A DNA stretch of 51,371 nucleotides from a virus (taxonomy: Duplodnaviria; Caudoviricetes). The first letter of the stretch is position 1. The number at the start of each line of letters is the position of its first letter. Shown here in pieces: positions 28,510 through 37,326 of this stretch. A program made the translations under genes and the position numbers. The stretch covers positions 1 through 51,371 of the IMG/VR virus record IMGVR_UViG_3300017912_001403; one strand, 5' to 3'. Below the pieces are notes generated by a model. It was not told the DNA's origin and did no database searches. It was given only the letters and a program-made list of their open reading frames with translations.

Positions 28510-30777
28510 CTACGCAACCATCTTGATAAAGCGATTTACTAACTGACGATTAGTAACTTTAGAGGAGTTAGACTTCATGAAGGCCTTCTTAAGTTTTGCA
28601 ACAGAGGCACCCTGTTCAACGTCTAATACTTCTTCAGCATTCTCACGAACAGCCGGAAGAATGTAAAATTCGTCGTACCCTTGAGAAGTAGTAACAAGTA
28701 TCTTGTCATCTCGAAGGGCCTTGCGAGCATTCTTGAACTCTTGTTCATTGATAAACTTTGAAATATTCATCTTGCGTTCAATAACACTAGAGGGGACAGT
28801 ACCGTTTTTACCATTTCCGGCAATAAAGAAACCAACAATATTCATACTAGGATGTTCACTCTTAAGAACCTTTAACCAATAGGAAGTGATGTTTTCCCAG
28901 CGGCGACGAGAATTCCCAACATCTAAAATGTTTTTTTGATTAGAACGTCCTTCAATGTGATACTTGGTTTTGTAACTCCCATTGATTTCATAATCACTGA
29001 AATAATCACCATCTCCCTGAATGCGTTCACAAACGTGACTATCTCCATCAGTAAGAAATATAGAGTTTACTTTTTGAACACCAGTTTGTTTGATAAACTG
29101 ATCAGTAACGTAGATTGAAGCAACAATCGCAGCGTTAAGAGGGGTAGCCCCAAGACGATAATTCACATTACAATGTCTAATTTCTATCAAAGAGTTCCTC
29201 GCGTTAGGAGCAGCACTACCTAGATCTCGGTAATTCACCCACATAAACTGTGAGGCAAGGAATCGAGCAACGTAAGAAAACTCACTCTTTTTCATGCGAG
29301 AAGAAAACAAATTTAGAAGATTAAGATCGGAGAAACGAACCTCACCCCTTTTAGCTTCGGTTTGCACACCATTTTTGTATTGATTGGTAAAAGCATAAAC
29401 TTCGAAAGGAATCTTAACCTTTTGACAGAACCAAACCAACTGAAGTAGTTGTCGAACAGTATCCCACATGTTTGTGTCCATAGAACCAGACCAATCAAGA
29501 TAAAGAACCATACCATGATTAGTACCTTCGGGAACTGTAGTCATTTTTAAGAACAAATCATCATTGTACTTGTACGTATGAATTCGATTCATGTCCAGAG
29601 AACCAGTTTTGGAAACAGAGGCCCTCTTATACAAATCAGCAGACTTTTTCATCTCGAACTCTTTTACCATTGCATTGACAACGGGGTTTGATTTCTTTTG
29701 TAACTCGACAATTTTGCGGTCGTAAAAGTCCATGATTGTTACATAATCTTTTCGAGTAATCCAGTACTTATTGTCAAGCATTCCCTCGAATGACTCATTG
29801 GTTTCTTGAATTACTGTTTTGTAATCCACAATGATTTTAGAGAGGTCAATAGACTTTGGCAACTTACCATATAAGTGAGTGGCATCGTCATCAGCATTTA
29901 GTTGTTGGAGGGAATCAGAAAGAGCATCATCGGTAAAACCGATGTCCTCTTCATCGTAACCTTCACCAGTGGTGCCGTCAGTGGAATCTGGTTCAAACTC
30001 GCCAGTTTTAGAACTCTCTTCGGAATCAGATTCTTCAGCGTCACTGGACTCGTCAGAAGTCTGTCCGTCTTCACCGGATTCCTGTTCAGTCTCTTCACCA
30101 TCACCATCCGTTTCAGGCGTTTCGATTTGAACTTCTGACTCTGATTCTTCAGCGTCTTCATTGGATTCATTGTTATCCATAACTTCGATAGTTTCATCGG
30201 AATTCTCATCGAAGTCATATTCAGGATATTCAGAGTCATTCGCGTTTTCCTTGGCAACTTTTTCAAGTTCAGCCGCGAGAGTCAGAACATCGTCTGGAGT
30301 TTCGAGAGACTCCACTTTTGGAATCCACTCTTTTTCTGATTCAGTAAATCCAATATCAACACCAGTTTTGAAAAAGATGTTAATTTTGTCAGGGAGGGAA
30401 AATTCTGAAACGTCTTTACCAGACAAACCGAAGAAATCTTTTTCAAGAAGTTCTCGATAACCACGAGTAAAAGTACTGACAGAACCAAGATACTTTCGTT
30501 TGACAAGTTTTTCTTCTCGAGCATCTTCGAGAATATTGACAATAGACTTATTAAGGCCCAGATCAAATGACTTCTCAAGCATATCCAACGGAGTAAACAA
30601 CGCATGACCAACTTCGTGAAGAGTTAACATCTCTTCGAGAACAATGGACATGTTTTCCCAAATAGGAAGCACAAGTTCACGAGACTTGACATCGAAACTA
30701 GCAGTTTTGACGTTTTTGTGAACTACGTGGATATTCTCTTCAGCGAGAAGTTTTGCAAGTATTGACGTTCTAGACAT
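28510..30777 (-). CDS. CobT-like VWA protein with N-terminal HExxH domain and acidic linker
   Basis: HEVGH...NILED, long D/E-rich linker, MIDAS motifs LDWSGSM, GATPL, FLTDGD. Confidence 0.88.
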   Translation of the reverse strand: MSRTSILAKLLAEENIHVVHKNVKTASFDVKSRELVLPIWENMSIVLEEMLTLHEVGHALFTPLDMLEKSFDLGLNKSIVNILEDAREEKLVKRKYLGSVSTFTRGYRELLEKDFFGLSGKDVSEFSLPDKINIFFKTGVDIGFTESEKEWIPKVESLETPDDVLTLAAELEKVAKENANDSEYPEYDFDENSDETIEVMDNNESNEDAEESESEVQIETPETDGDGEETEQESGEDGQTSDESSDAEESDSEESSKTGEFEPDSTDGTTGEGYDEEDIGFTDDALSDSLQQLNADDDATHLYGKLPKSIDLSKIIVDYKTVIQETNESFEGMLDNKYWITRKDYVTIMDFYDRKIVELQKKSNPVVNAMVKEFEMKKSADLYKRASVSKTGSLDMNRIHTYKYNDDLFLKMTTVPEGTNHGMVLYLDWSGSMDTNMWDTVRQLLQLVWFCQKVKIPFEVYAFTNQYKNGVQTEAKRGEVRFSDLNLLNLFSSRMKKSEFSYVARFLASQFMWVNYRDLGSAAPNARNSLIEIRHCNVNYRLGATPLNAAIVASIYVTDQFIKQTGVQKVNSIFLTDGDSHVCERIQGDGDYFSDYEINGSYKTKYHIEGRSNQKNILDVGNSRRRWENITSYWLKVLKSEHPSMNIVGFFIAGNGKNGTVPSSVIERKMNISKFINEQEFKNARKALRDDKILVTTSQGYDEFYILPAVRENAEEVLDVEQGASVAKLKKAFMKSNSSKVTNRQLVNRFIKMVA

Positions 30778-30810
30778 GGATAACCTCTGAATCTCTCATT
30801 TACGTATACC

Positions 30811-30931
30811 ATTTTAAGGTATAGTAGCGGTATTGTCAAGCATCTAACTTGTTGATTTATATAGACTTTTGAAAAAAATTTAAACTCGTTACAAATCAAT
30901 AACTTATAATCCTAGTAATATCAATCACTTA
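30811..30931 (-). promoter_or_regulatory. Sigma70 promoter TTGACA-N17-TAAAAT with three IHF-consensus sites (cassette copy 2)
   Basis: -10 at 30811-30816, -35 at 30834-30839. WATCAANNNNTTR matches at 30845-30857 (minus), 30894-30906 and 30919-30931 (plus). Confidence 0.8.
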
Positions 30932-30934
30932 CAT

Positions 30935-30964
30935 AAAAAAAAGGGAGACTAAAAGTCTCCCTTT
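30935..30964 (-). terminator. Rho-independent terminator after gp23
   Basis: AAAGGGAGACT-TTT-AGTCTCCC followed by T8. Confidence 0.9.
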
Positions 30965-30999
30965 AAAATTGTCCCTTTTGAGATTCTTTTTAAAATCTC

Positions 31000-32331
31000 T
31001 TACATGAGATTCGTTACTTTTACTCTGCGGTAGTATACGTTAGAGTTTGCGTCGATTGAGATTGCACCAGCGACAGGTGAATCACCAGCAGATGCCTTAC
31101 CAGTGTGGAAAGGATTAGCGGAGATACCGTAACGGGTTTTGAAACCAATCTTCGGCTGGAAGGTGTTCTCACCAACTGCACGAACCATCTGGAGAGGTAC
31201 GTATGGGCAGTAGAACATACCAGCGTCATAAGGTGAAGTACCCTTATAACCAACAACGTAGTACTGAGAAGCAGCAACGTTGGCAGCATATGGGTCTACG
31301 TATACTCTGTAACGTCCGTTAAGTACACCAGCGAAAGTTGTCTGAGTGTCATCAACATTGAGGTTAGTAGACAGAGCAGGAGTGTAGTCAAGTACACCAG
31401 CCATCTGAAGGGCAGAAGCAACATCAGCAGAAGTGAGGATGATGTTACCCTTACCGCGACGAGTCTGCTGTCCGATTGCATTCGCATCACGTTCGATGGC
31501 GAACAACAGTCCCTTGAACTTCTCAACTGACCAACGTCCGTTTGAATCAGTATCCAAGTCAAAGATACCAGCAGTAGTAGTGTTAACCTGAGCACCCTTA
31601 ACAGCAGAGAAATAGATGTTACGGATAACTTCTCTGTTGATTTCAGTCAGGATTTCAGCAGAAAGGATATTTGCAAGTTCCTGTTCAGCATCCAAACCGT
31701 GGATTGCCTTGAGGTCTTGTGCAAGTTCCATTGTGTATTCTGCCTTGAGGGCACGAGTAACAGCAGTTACAGTGTGCTTCTCAATGGAGAACGCCATTTC
31801 TGCAAAAGCATCAGCAGTGGTATCACCCAGAGCCTCACCCTGTGCAGTGGTCATACCAGTTGCAGAAGTGTAAGTACCAGCAGAAGGTGAATCGTTCAGA
31901 ACGGCAGGGTTAGTACCAGACTGATCACCAGCACCAGTGTCACCAGCAGCATCTTGGTTAGACAGGAATGGGATTTCTTCGTCAAACAGTCCTTCAACAC
32001 CTGCCTGTGACTTAGCACGAGCACGCATTGCAAAGATCAGTCCAGTTGGGCCAGTCATTGGTTGTACACCACATACATCGTATGCGATGAGGTTAGGCAT
32101 GGAGCGACGAACCAATGAAATCAGGATAGGATCCCAATTATCAATTGAAGAACCAGTTGCGTTGGTAGGGGCAGCTTCTCCCAAAAACGCACGGTCTTCT
32201 TGCAGAGCTTTTTCTTGGTTTTCCAAGATAAGAGTAGTAACAGCCCTTCTATACGAATCATCGATCTGTGGAAGATCGGGATGATTCAGGACTGGCTGCC
32301 ATTTCTCTTGTAGATGAGTTGTCTGAAACAT
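31000..32331 (-). CDS. gp23: Major capsid protein
   Basis: LENQE, CGVQPMTGPTGLIFAMR, RALKAEYTMELAQDLKAIHGLDAE, FYCPYVPL, GFKTRYG. Confidence 0.99.
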   Translation of the reverse strand: MFQTTHLQEKWQPVLNHPDLPQIDDSYRRAVTTLILENQEKALQEDRAFLGEAAPTNATGSSIDNWDPILISLVRRSMPNLIAYDVCGVQPMTGPTGLIFAMRARAKSQAGVEGLFDEEIPFLSNQDAAGDTGAGDQSGTNPAVLNDSPSAGTYTSATGMTTAQGEALGDTTADAFAEMAFSIEKHTVTAVTRALKAEYTMELAQDLKAIHGLDAEQELANILSAEILTEINREVIRNIYFSAVKGAQVNTTTAGIFDLDTDSNGRWSVEKFKGLLFAIERDANAIGQQTRRGKGNIILTSADVASALQMAGVLDYTPALSTNLNVDDTQTTFAGVLNGRYRVYVDPYAANVAASQYYVVGYKGTSPYDAGMFYCPYVPLQMVRAVGENTFQPKIGFKTRYGISANPFHTGKASAGDSPVAGAISIDANSNVYYRRVKVTNLM

Positions 32332-32360
32332 TTTGTTTCTCCTTGAAAGTTTCTACTTTA

Positions 32361-32368
32361 TATTTATA
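32361..32368 (-). promoter_or_regulatory. T4 late promoter TATAAATA upstream of gp23
   Basis: Exact consensus, intergenic. Confidence 0.85.
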
Positions 32369-33616
32369 TTATTTCGCACTTTTGACAGAATTACCTATAG
32401 CACCAATGTATCGTGCCATTGTGTCATCTGCAGCGTCCAGAAGGTCAGTGCCAGTTACTACATTATCTTGCGCTCCTTCTTCTGTCAAAACATTTTCGTT
32501 TGAAATCTGATTGGGGAAATAGTTTTCCTTGAGAACATTCAATTTCTCTTGGAAAGATTCCTCAGATTCAAACTCAACGTCTTCGACAATAGAAAGGAAC
32601 TTTTCAACTTCGGTTTCGGTCAAATCTGAAGTTGATTCAGAAATGGCCTTCTCTCTCTTGAGAACATTGACTTCCTTTCGGCCATTGGCAACCTGTTCAA
32701 TGGTTTCATTCAGTTTATTTTCAAGTTCTGAGATTCTGTCAGCCTGAGATTCGAGAACGTCATACTTCTCATCAGGCACGTCAATATAATGGTCTTCGAA
32801 CAACTGTTTCAGACCTGCGATGAATTCTTCAGCAACTTCACCTTTCAGTCCTCTGTCAAGAGCAAGTTCGTTTTCTGTCATCCATTCCTGAACTACGTAG
32901 TTCAAGTATGTGTCAACCTTCTCTTCCAGTTCTTCTTTGTGTTCAGAAATTGCAGACTGAAGTTCGGACTTGTATTCTTCTTCGAGGCGAGAAACTTCTG
33001 AACGAATTTTTGATTTGACGGCAGCTTCAAAGATTGTAGCAGCCTTCTTTTTGAACTCTTCAGACAAATTGTCATCTGCGTTCATAAGAACTTCAACGTC
33101 TTCAGCAACATTGATGTCTTTGATTCTTTCGTCGAGTGCAAGTGCGGGATCAACATCAACACCTTCACCGTAAGATGCCATCATCTTGTATGTGGCCTGA
33201 AGTGACTTCTTAGAACCATGCGACATTTCCTGAGCCATCTTCATAACAGCAGCCTTCAACTGTTCTTTAGACATTTCTTCAGGTTTTTCTTCATTGTCCT
33301 CTTCGTCGTCTTCGTCCTTTTCTTCAGAAACTTTCTTCTGAGGTTCGGCAGCAACGGCGGCTTTTGATGATGCGGAGGAATCTTTAGTAGTTTTGTCAGC
33401 AGCAGTGGCAGGGCCTTTCTTCTCTGACTCAGGGTCTACTACAGGTTCTCCCAAATCTTCGTCAGGTTTGTCACCGGCAACTCTTTTTAGTTTTGGTTGA
33501 GGATCTGCTTTACCAGCATTTTTGGTAGGAGCGTCAGCACCGTTGGCTTCTTCAAGCTCTGCAAGAACTTCCGCTTCCAATTCCTCAATGGTTTTTTCTA
33601 AATCTTCAGTAGCCAT
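32369..33616 (-). CDS. gp22: Prohead core scaffold protein
   Basis: LSEEFKKKAATIFEAAV, VDTYLNYVVQEW, LKQLFEDHYIDVP, LKENYF. Confidence 0.93.
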   Translation of the reverse strand: MATEDLEKTIEELEAEVLAELEEANGADAPTKNAGKADPQPKLKRVAGDKPDEDLGEPVVDPESEKKGPATAADKTTKDSSASSKAAVAAEPQKKVSEEKDEDDEEDNEEKPEEMSKEQLKAAVMKMAQEMSHGSKKSLQATYKMMASYGEGVDVDPALALDERIKDINVAEDVEVLMNADDNLSEEFKKKAATIFEAAVKSKIRSEVSRLEEEYKSELQSAISEHKEELEEKVDTYLNYVVQEWMTENELALDRGLKGEVAEEFIAGLKQLFEDHYIDVPDEKYDVLESQADRISELENKLNETIEQVANGRKEVNVLKREKAISESTSDLTETEVEKFLSIVEDVEFESEESFQEKLNVLKENYFPNQISNENVLTEEGAQDNVVTGTDLLDAADDTMARYIGAIGNSVKSAK

Positions 33617-33652
33617 GGGGAAAACTCCTAGTTAAATTTTATTACTACGATT

Positions 33653-33660
33653 TATTTATA
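33653..33660 (-). promoter_or_regulatory. T4 late promoter TATAAATA upstream of gp22
   Basis: Exact consensus, intergenic. Confidence 0.85.
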
Positions 33661-33662
33661 AG

Positions 33663-34328
33663 TTATAACTTTTTGAGAAAATTTGCAAACTCAAGTGCGG
33701 ATTGCAAGTCTTCTCGTTTTCTAGTTCTTTCTTCGATTCTTACCTTGGCGGCGGCAACTTCAGCCTCGACGAGAGAACCATTATCCCAAACCCATTCCTT
33801 TCCTTCCATTATACCTTCAACAAACGCATTCGGAGCAGAAGGGTCAGCAACTATATCACCAGCGGTAGCGAGTTTGAAATCAGAACGAACGTAGTTTGCA
33901 CCACCTTTCTGTTCCAGAGAACCAATTCCTCTAGAAGAAACACCAAGTGTTGCACCTTCGTCCATTAAACTTTTTACAATTTTACCCATAGGGGTATCCA
34001 TGATTTTTGCCTCACCAATAAAGTTTTTACCTTCTGGTTTGAGACTAGTAATCATGTGAGAAACTCTGTCTAAGTTTACGGTAGGGCCGTCAGGATGTCC
34101 CAACTCACCAAACGCACGTTTCTTGTCAACAAAGTCTTTATTGTATGCATTTACTTCTTTCTGAAGAACCTCCATAGGATATACTCTACCATTTCGGTTC
34201 TTAATTTCTGACTGCATGAAGATGCCACGAATTTTATATTCTTTCTCACCGTCTTCTTTTGCTTCGGTAATATATTCTACATCTTCAATATTTTCTGTTA
34301 TGAGTTTAAGTGTGTTCATAGTTCTCAA
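33663..34328 (-). CDS. gp21: Prohead protease
   Basis: KNRNGRVYP, GELGHP, GVSSRGIGS, DIVADPSAP. Confidence 0.97.
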   Translation of the reverse strand: MRTMNTLKLITENIEDVEYITEAKEDGEKEYKIRGIFMQSEIKNRNGRVYPMEVLQKEVNAYNKDFVDKKRAFGELGHPDGPTVNLDRVSHMITSLKPEGKNFIGEAKIMDTPMGKIVKSLMDEGATLGVSSRGIGSLEQKGGANYVRSDFKLATAGDIVADPSAPNAFVEGIMEGKEWVWDNGSLVEAEVAAAKVRIEERTRKREDLQSALEFANFLKKL

Positions 34329-34711
34329 CTTATGTTATCGTAACCAGAAACTTTTCTACACTTCAAAATAATAGTACCGACAGAGGCACTTGAATTTGTC
34401 AACAAAATGTCTCCAGTAACTCCAGTGTTTTCTGGATTCGGAATTGAGGGAAAAGTTTGATTACCTACGTTATATGAACCGCTTCCATTTAGTGAAAGAC
34501 AAACTGTATCTGAGCCATCATCGTCCCAGAGAATATCTGTCTGACTTCCGGTACTCCATTGAATACCAACAATGGAAAGTCTAGGGTCTGTGTCAGCACC
34601 AGCAAGTGTGGATGCGTCAACAATAGTAGCTCCAGAGTTGGTGCTTGTTGTTGTAACTTTAACGACATGTTCAAAGTCAGAATCTACTAATGTTTGAAGT
34701 AAAACGGCCAT
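34325..34711 (-). CDS. Hypothetical virion protein in the head gene cluster
   Basis: 128 aa, S/T/D-rich, with its own late promoter. Confidence 0.75.
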   Translation of the reverse strand: MAVLLQTLVDSDFEHVVKVTTTSTNSGATIVDASTLAGADTDPRLSIVGIQWSTGSQTDILWDDDGSDTVCLSLNGSGSYNVGNQTFPSIPNPENTGVTGDILLTNSSASVGTIILKCRKVSGYDNIS

Positions 34712-34731
34712 TTTAGTTTCCTGTTAAGTTT

Positions 34732-34739
34732 TATTTATA
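34732..34739 (-). promoter_or_regulatory. T4 late promoter TATAAATA
   Basis: Exact consensus upstream of ORF 34325..34711. Confidence 0.8.
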
Positions 34740-34740
34740 T

Positions 34741-35007
34741 TTATAAAACACTTAAAGTTTCTTTTTCGAAATATTTTAATATTTCTTTTTCTGGAACTCG
34801 GTATTTTCTTGCAGTATCGGAAATGACTTTTTCAAAACTACGTAAAAAGTCATTTGGTTTTTTATCCATAACAGAGAAAACACTGTCCACCGCATTTTTC
34901 ATTTTGGGGGACAGCTTCTTATATTCCTTAGATTGTTTGTGTTCGTCTTTCTCTGGTAAAAGAGAATAGAACTCATCAAACGTCTTCTGGGACATCTTCT
35001 TCCTCAT
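34741..35007 (-). CDS. Small prohead-core-region protein
   Basis: Between the portal and gp21. The probable start is MSQKTFDEF. Confidence 0.7.
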   Translation of the reverse strand: MRKKMSQKTFDEFYSLLPEKDEHKQSKEYKKLSPKMKNAVDSVFSVMDKKPNDFLRSFEKVISDTARKYRVPEKEILKYFEKETLSVL

Positions 35008-35161
35008 CCCGTACAGGAGTTTTTACAAAAGTATTTGCAACTTCTCTTTTACGGGTTTCGATTGCATCTGCAAGTTTGTCTTGCATAACACTTGCAAAGG
35101 TTGACTGTGCATCTACGGCTTTCTTGTCATCGATTTGGTTTATTAATTCTTTAACGCTCAT
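34976..35161 (-). CDS. Small prohead core protein (gp67-like)
   Basis: Immediately after the portal, helical, with an acidic tail. Confidence 0.65.
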   Translation of the reverse strand: MSVKELINQIDDKKAVDAQSTFASVMQDKLADAIETRKREVANTFVKTPVRDEEEDVPEDV

Positions 35162-36746
35162 TATCTACTCCTACGTCATTAGGTAATTGTGCTTCTGGTT
35201 CATCCAGAGCATCTCCACCAAAGGAAGGCACTCTTGTAATACCGTCAGACTTGGGTACTTCAATACCCCCTTCTTCTGGGTCTGTTCCTGCCTCAGTTTT
35301 GATTTGTTTTTGCATCTCTTCAATTTCATAGTCAGTCATACGCAGTACATTCTTTTGTATCCACTCTTTACTGAAGAATGTACCAACAAAGGGTTCTATA
35401 GACTGAAGAGTTTCAATCTGATTTTGCAACAGTTCTGCCTGTTTAAGTTCTGCGAAGTGTCCGTCTTGAAGAAAGTCATATTGAACATGTTCCTTCATTT
35501 TCTTCCACTCTTCGGTGTTGATTACACCTTTGAGAATCAGTTGAGTTTTCAACATGTCTTGGAAAAGAGGAATAAACTTCTTTCTAGCCCTCTGTACAAA
35601 TTTAGTAAACTTCAATTCGTCACGAGTAATTTCGGTTGAACGTCCAAGAGAGAAGTTTTGTTCTGCTTCAAGTCTAGAGATTGGTACGTTTAGAGAACGG
35701 TAAAGTTTTCTTTGAAAATAAACAATATCATCAATCTCACCAAGATTCTGGCCTCCTGGCAGTGTTGTAATCTCCGTACCTCTACCACCTTCTCTACGTG
35801 GTAACCAGAAATCTTCTAACATTGACATATGATTTCTATCGTCTTTAATCTCACCTGTTTTTGCGTCATAGGTGAGTTTATTTCGGTATCGATTAATGAT
35901 GTCTTTCAGATAAGCCTCTGCTTTCTGTTTTGGAAGGTTGCCGACATCAATATAAAATATTCGTCTTTCTGGAGCACGTGAAATACGATAGATTACCAAA
36001 CTATCTTCAATCATGCGTAACTGATTTGTTGGTTTGATTGCTTTGTGTAAATAAGACAAAACAAGATTCTTGTTATGATCTGTTAGTCCTGAAGGAACGT
36101 AACAAACAGAATCCGTGGTAAGTTTAACCCCAACATTTTCACCATACCCAGCAGTCCCCAATCCTTTTTCGTTATAAAGAAAATATTCTTCAAACTTTGG
36201 TTTCTCTAATTTGCCGTTAAGTCTAGTGTCAGAATTTTTGTCTTGTATTTTTTTCTTAACTTTGCGAATCTTTCTTGGATCGATGTAGTTTACCTTCATC
36301 AATCCCCTACGTGGATTCTTTTCGTCAATGTGTTTGTGATAGTAAAGGCGTCCATCAACATACCATCTTCTGAAGATGTCGTGGCCCTTTTCGTTAAAAT
36401 CGAGGAGTTCTAGAACAGTATCGAATTCTTCACGTATTCTTTTTCTGATTTTTTCTGGATAGGGGAGTTGATCTAAAACAATAGCGACAGGCGCGTCTCT
36501 TTCGTTTGAAACAATCGCTTCGTTTACAATATCTTCAATCGCAGAATCTACTTCTGGTTGTTGAGAAATTTCACGATAACGTTTTATGAGGTCAAGTTCG
36601 GTACTTTGTTTACCGTCTTGGTCGAGGATCTGTGCAAAGTAGCCACCCCCTTCGGCACCATAACTGGCATCGTCAGGGGTGACTGCTATTGGTTCATCAC
36701 CTTGTTTGTTAATTCTTTCGAATTTGAAACCGAATAATTCAGCCAT
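35151..36746 (-). CDS. gp20: Portal vertex protein
   Basis: FRRWYVDGR, YRISRAPERRIFYIDVGNLPK, EDFWLPRREGGRGTEITTLPG. Confidence 0.99.
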   Translation of the reverse strand: MAELFGFKFERINKQGDEPIAVTPDDASYGAEGGGYFAQILDQDGKQSTELDLIKRYREISQQPEVDSAIEDIVNEAIVSNERDAPVAIVLDQLPYPEKIRKRIREEFDTVLELLDFNEKGHDIFRRWYVDGRLYYHKHIDEKNPRRGLMKVNYIDPRKIRKVKKKIQDKNSDTRLNGKLEKPKFEEYFLYNEKGLGTAGYGENVGVKLTTDSVCYVPSGLTDHNKNLVLSYLHKAIKPTNQLRMIEDSLVIYRISRAPERRIFYIDVGNLPKQKAEAYLKDIINRYRNKLTYDAKTGEIKDDRNHMSMLEDFWLPRREGGRGTEITTLPGGQNLGEIDDIVYFQRKLYRSLNVPISRLEAEQNFSLGRSTEITRDELKFTKFVQRARKKFIPLFQDMLKTQLILKGVINTEEWKKMKEHVQYDFLQDGHFAELKQAELLQNQIETLQSIEPFVGTFFSKEWIQKNVLRMTDYEIEEMQKQIKTEAGTDPEEGGIEVPKSDGITRVPSFGGDALDEPEAQLPNDVGVDNER

Positions 36747-36766
36747 TCTGTATCTCCATAATATAG

Positions 36767-36774
36767 TATTTAGT
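36767..36774 (-). promoter_or_regulatory. Late promoter variant ACTAAATA upstream of gp20
   Basis: Intergenic, just upstream of the GGAG RBS. Confidence 0.55.
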
Positions 36775-36791
36775 CAACCTAAATGATTGAC

Positions 36792-37322
36792 TTAGAAATT
36801 CACTGCACTAGTTTCAAAGTGCGTGTATCTCCATGTAACTTCAAATTCTTCAATTGCATTATTGGTATCATAAGCAAGGTCAATCTGTGCAACGGTGATA
36901 GGCATTGCATTTCTGAAGATGTAAGTCTTCAGAGTAGTGTCATCCCTATCTAACTGTTCAACCGTCAGATCAGCAGTGTAGTCAGCAACGTTAACCACAC
37001 CAGTGTTTTCTGCAAGGTCGTTCATACCGTTCATCCATCTTTCGATTGCATTTCTGATCTGGAAATCAGTATCGTTGAAGAAAGTTGTACTCCAAGTTTC
37101 AAACTCTCTATCTCCTGTCACGTATATATTTCTTCCTCTGAAGGGAACCGCAACCTCACCAAGAGTCTGGCCAGGCAAGTTGGTAGCCTTCGCAAGAATA
37201 GATGCATTCGCAACATTCAAACCGATTGCAATTCCAGGCGGAGATGTAATGGTAACACGAAATTGGTTAGCACGAGCACCACCACCTACTAGGTTAGCTT
37301 TGAAATCGTCTATACTCGCCAT
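36792..37322 (-). CDS. gp19: Tail tube protein
   Basis: GGARANQF, GDREFETW, VEQLDR, IEEFEVTW. Confidence 0.96.
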   Translation of the reverse strand: MASIDDFKANLVGGGARANQFRVTITSPPGIAIGLNVANASILAKATNLPGQTLGEVAVPFRGRNIYVTGDREFETWSTTFFNDTDFQIRNAIERWMNGMNDLAENTGVVNVADYTADLTVEQLDRDDTTLKTYIFRNAMPITVAQIDLAYDTNNAIEEFEVTWRYTHFETSAVNF

Positions 37323-37326
37323 TGTC

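Noticed and set aside
18939-30777. Cobalamin synthesis role for the CobS/CobT-like pair
   Set aside because: No CobN or other cob gene is in the window, and the motifs are those of a generic MoxR AAA plus VWA pair.
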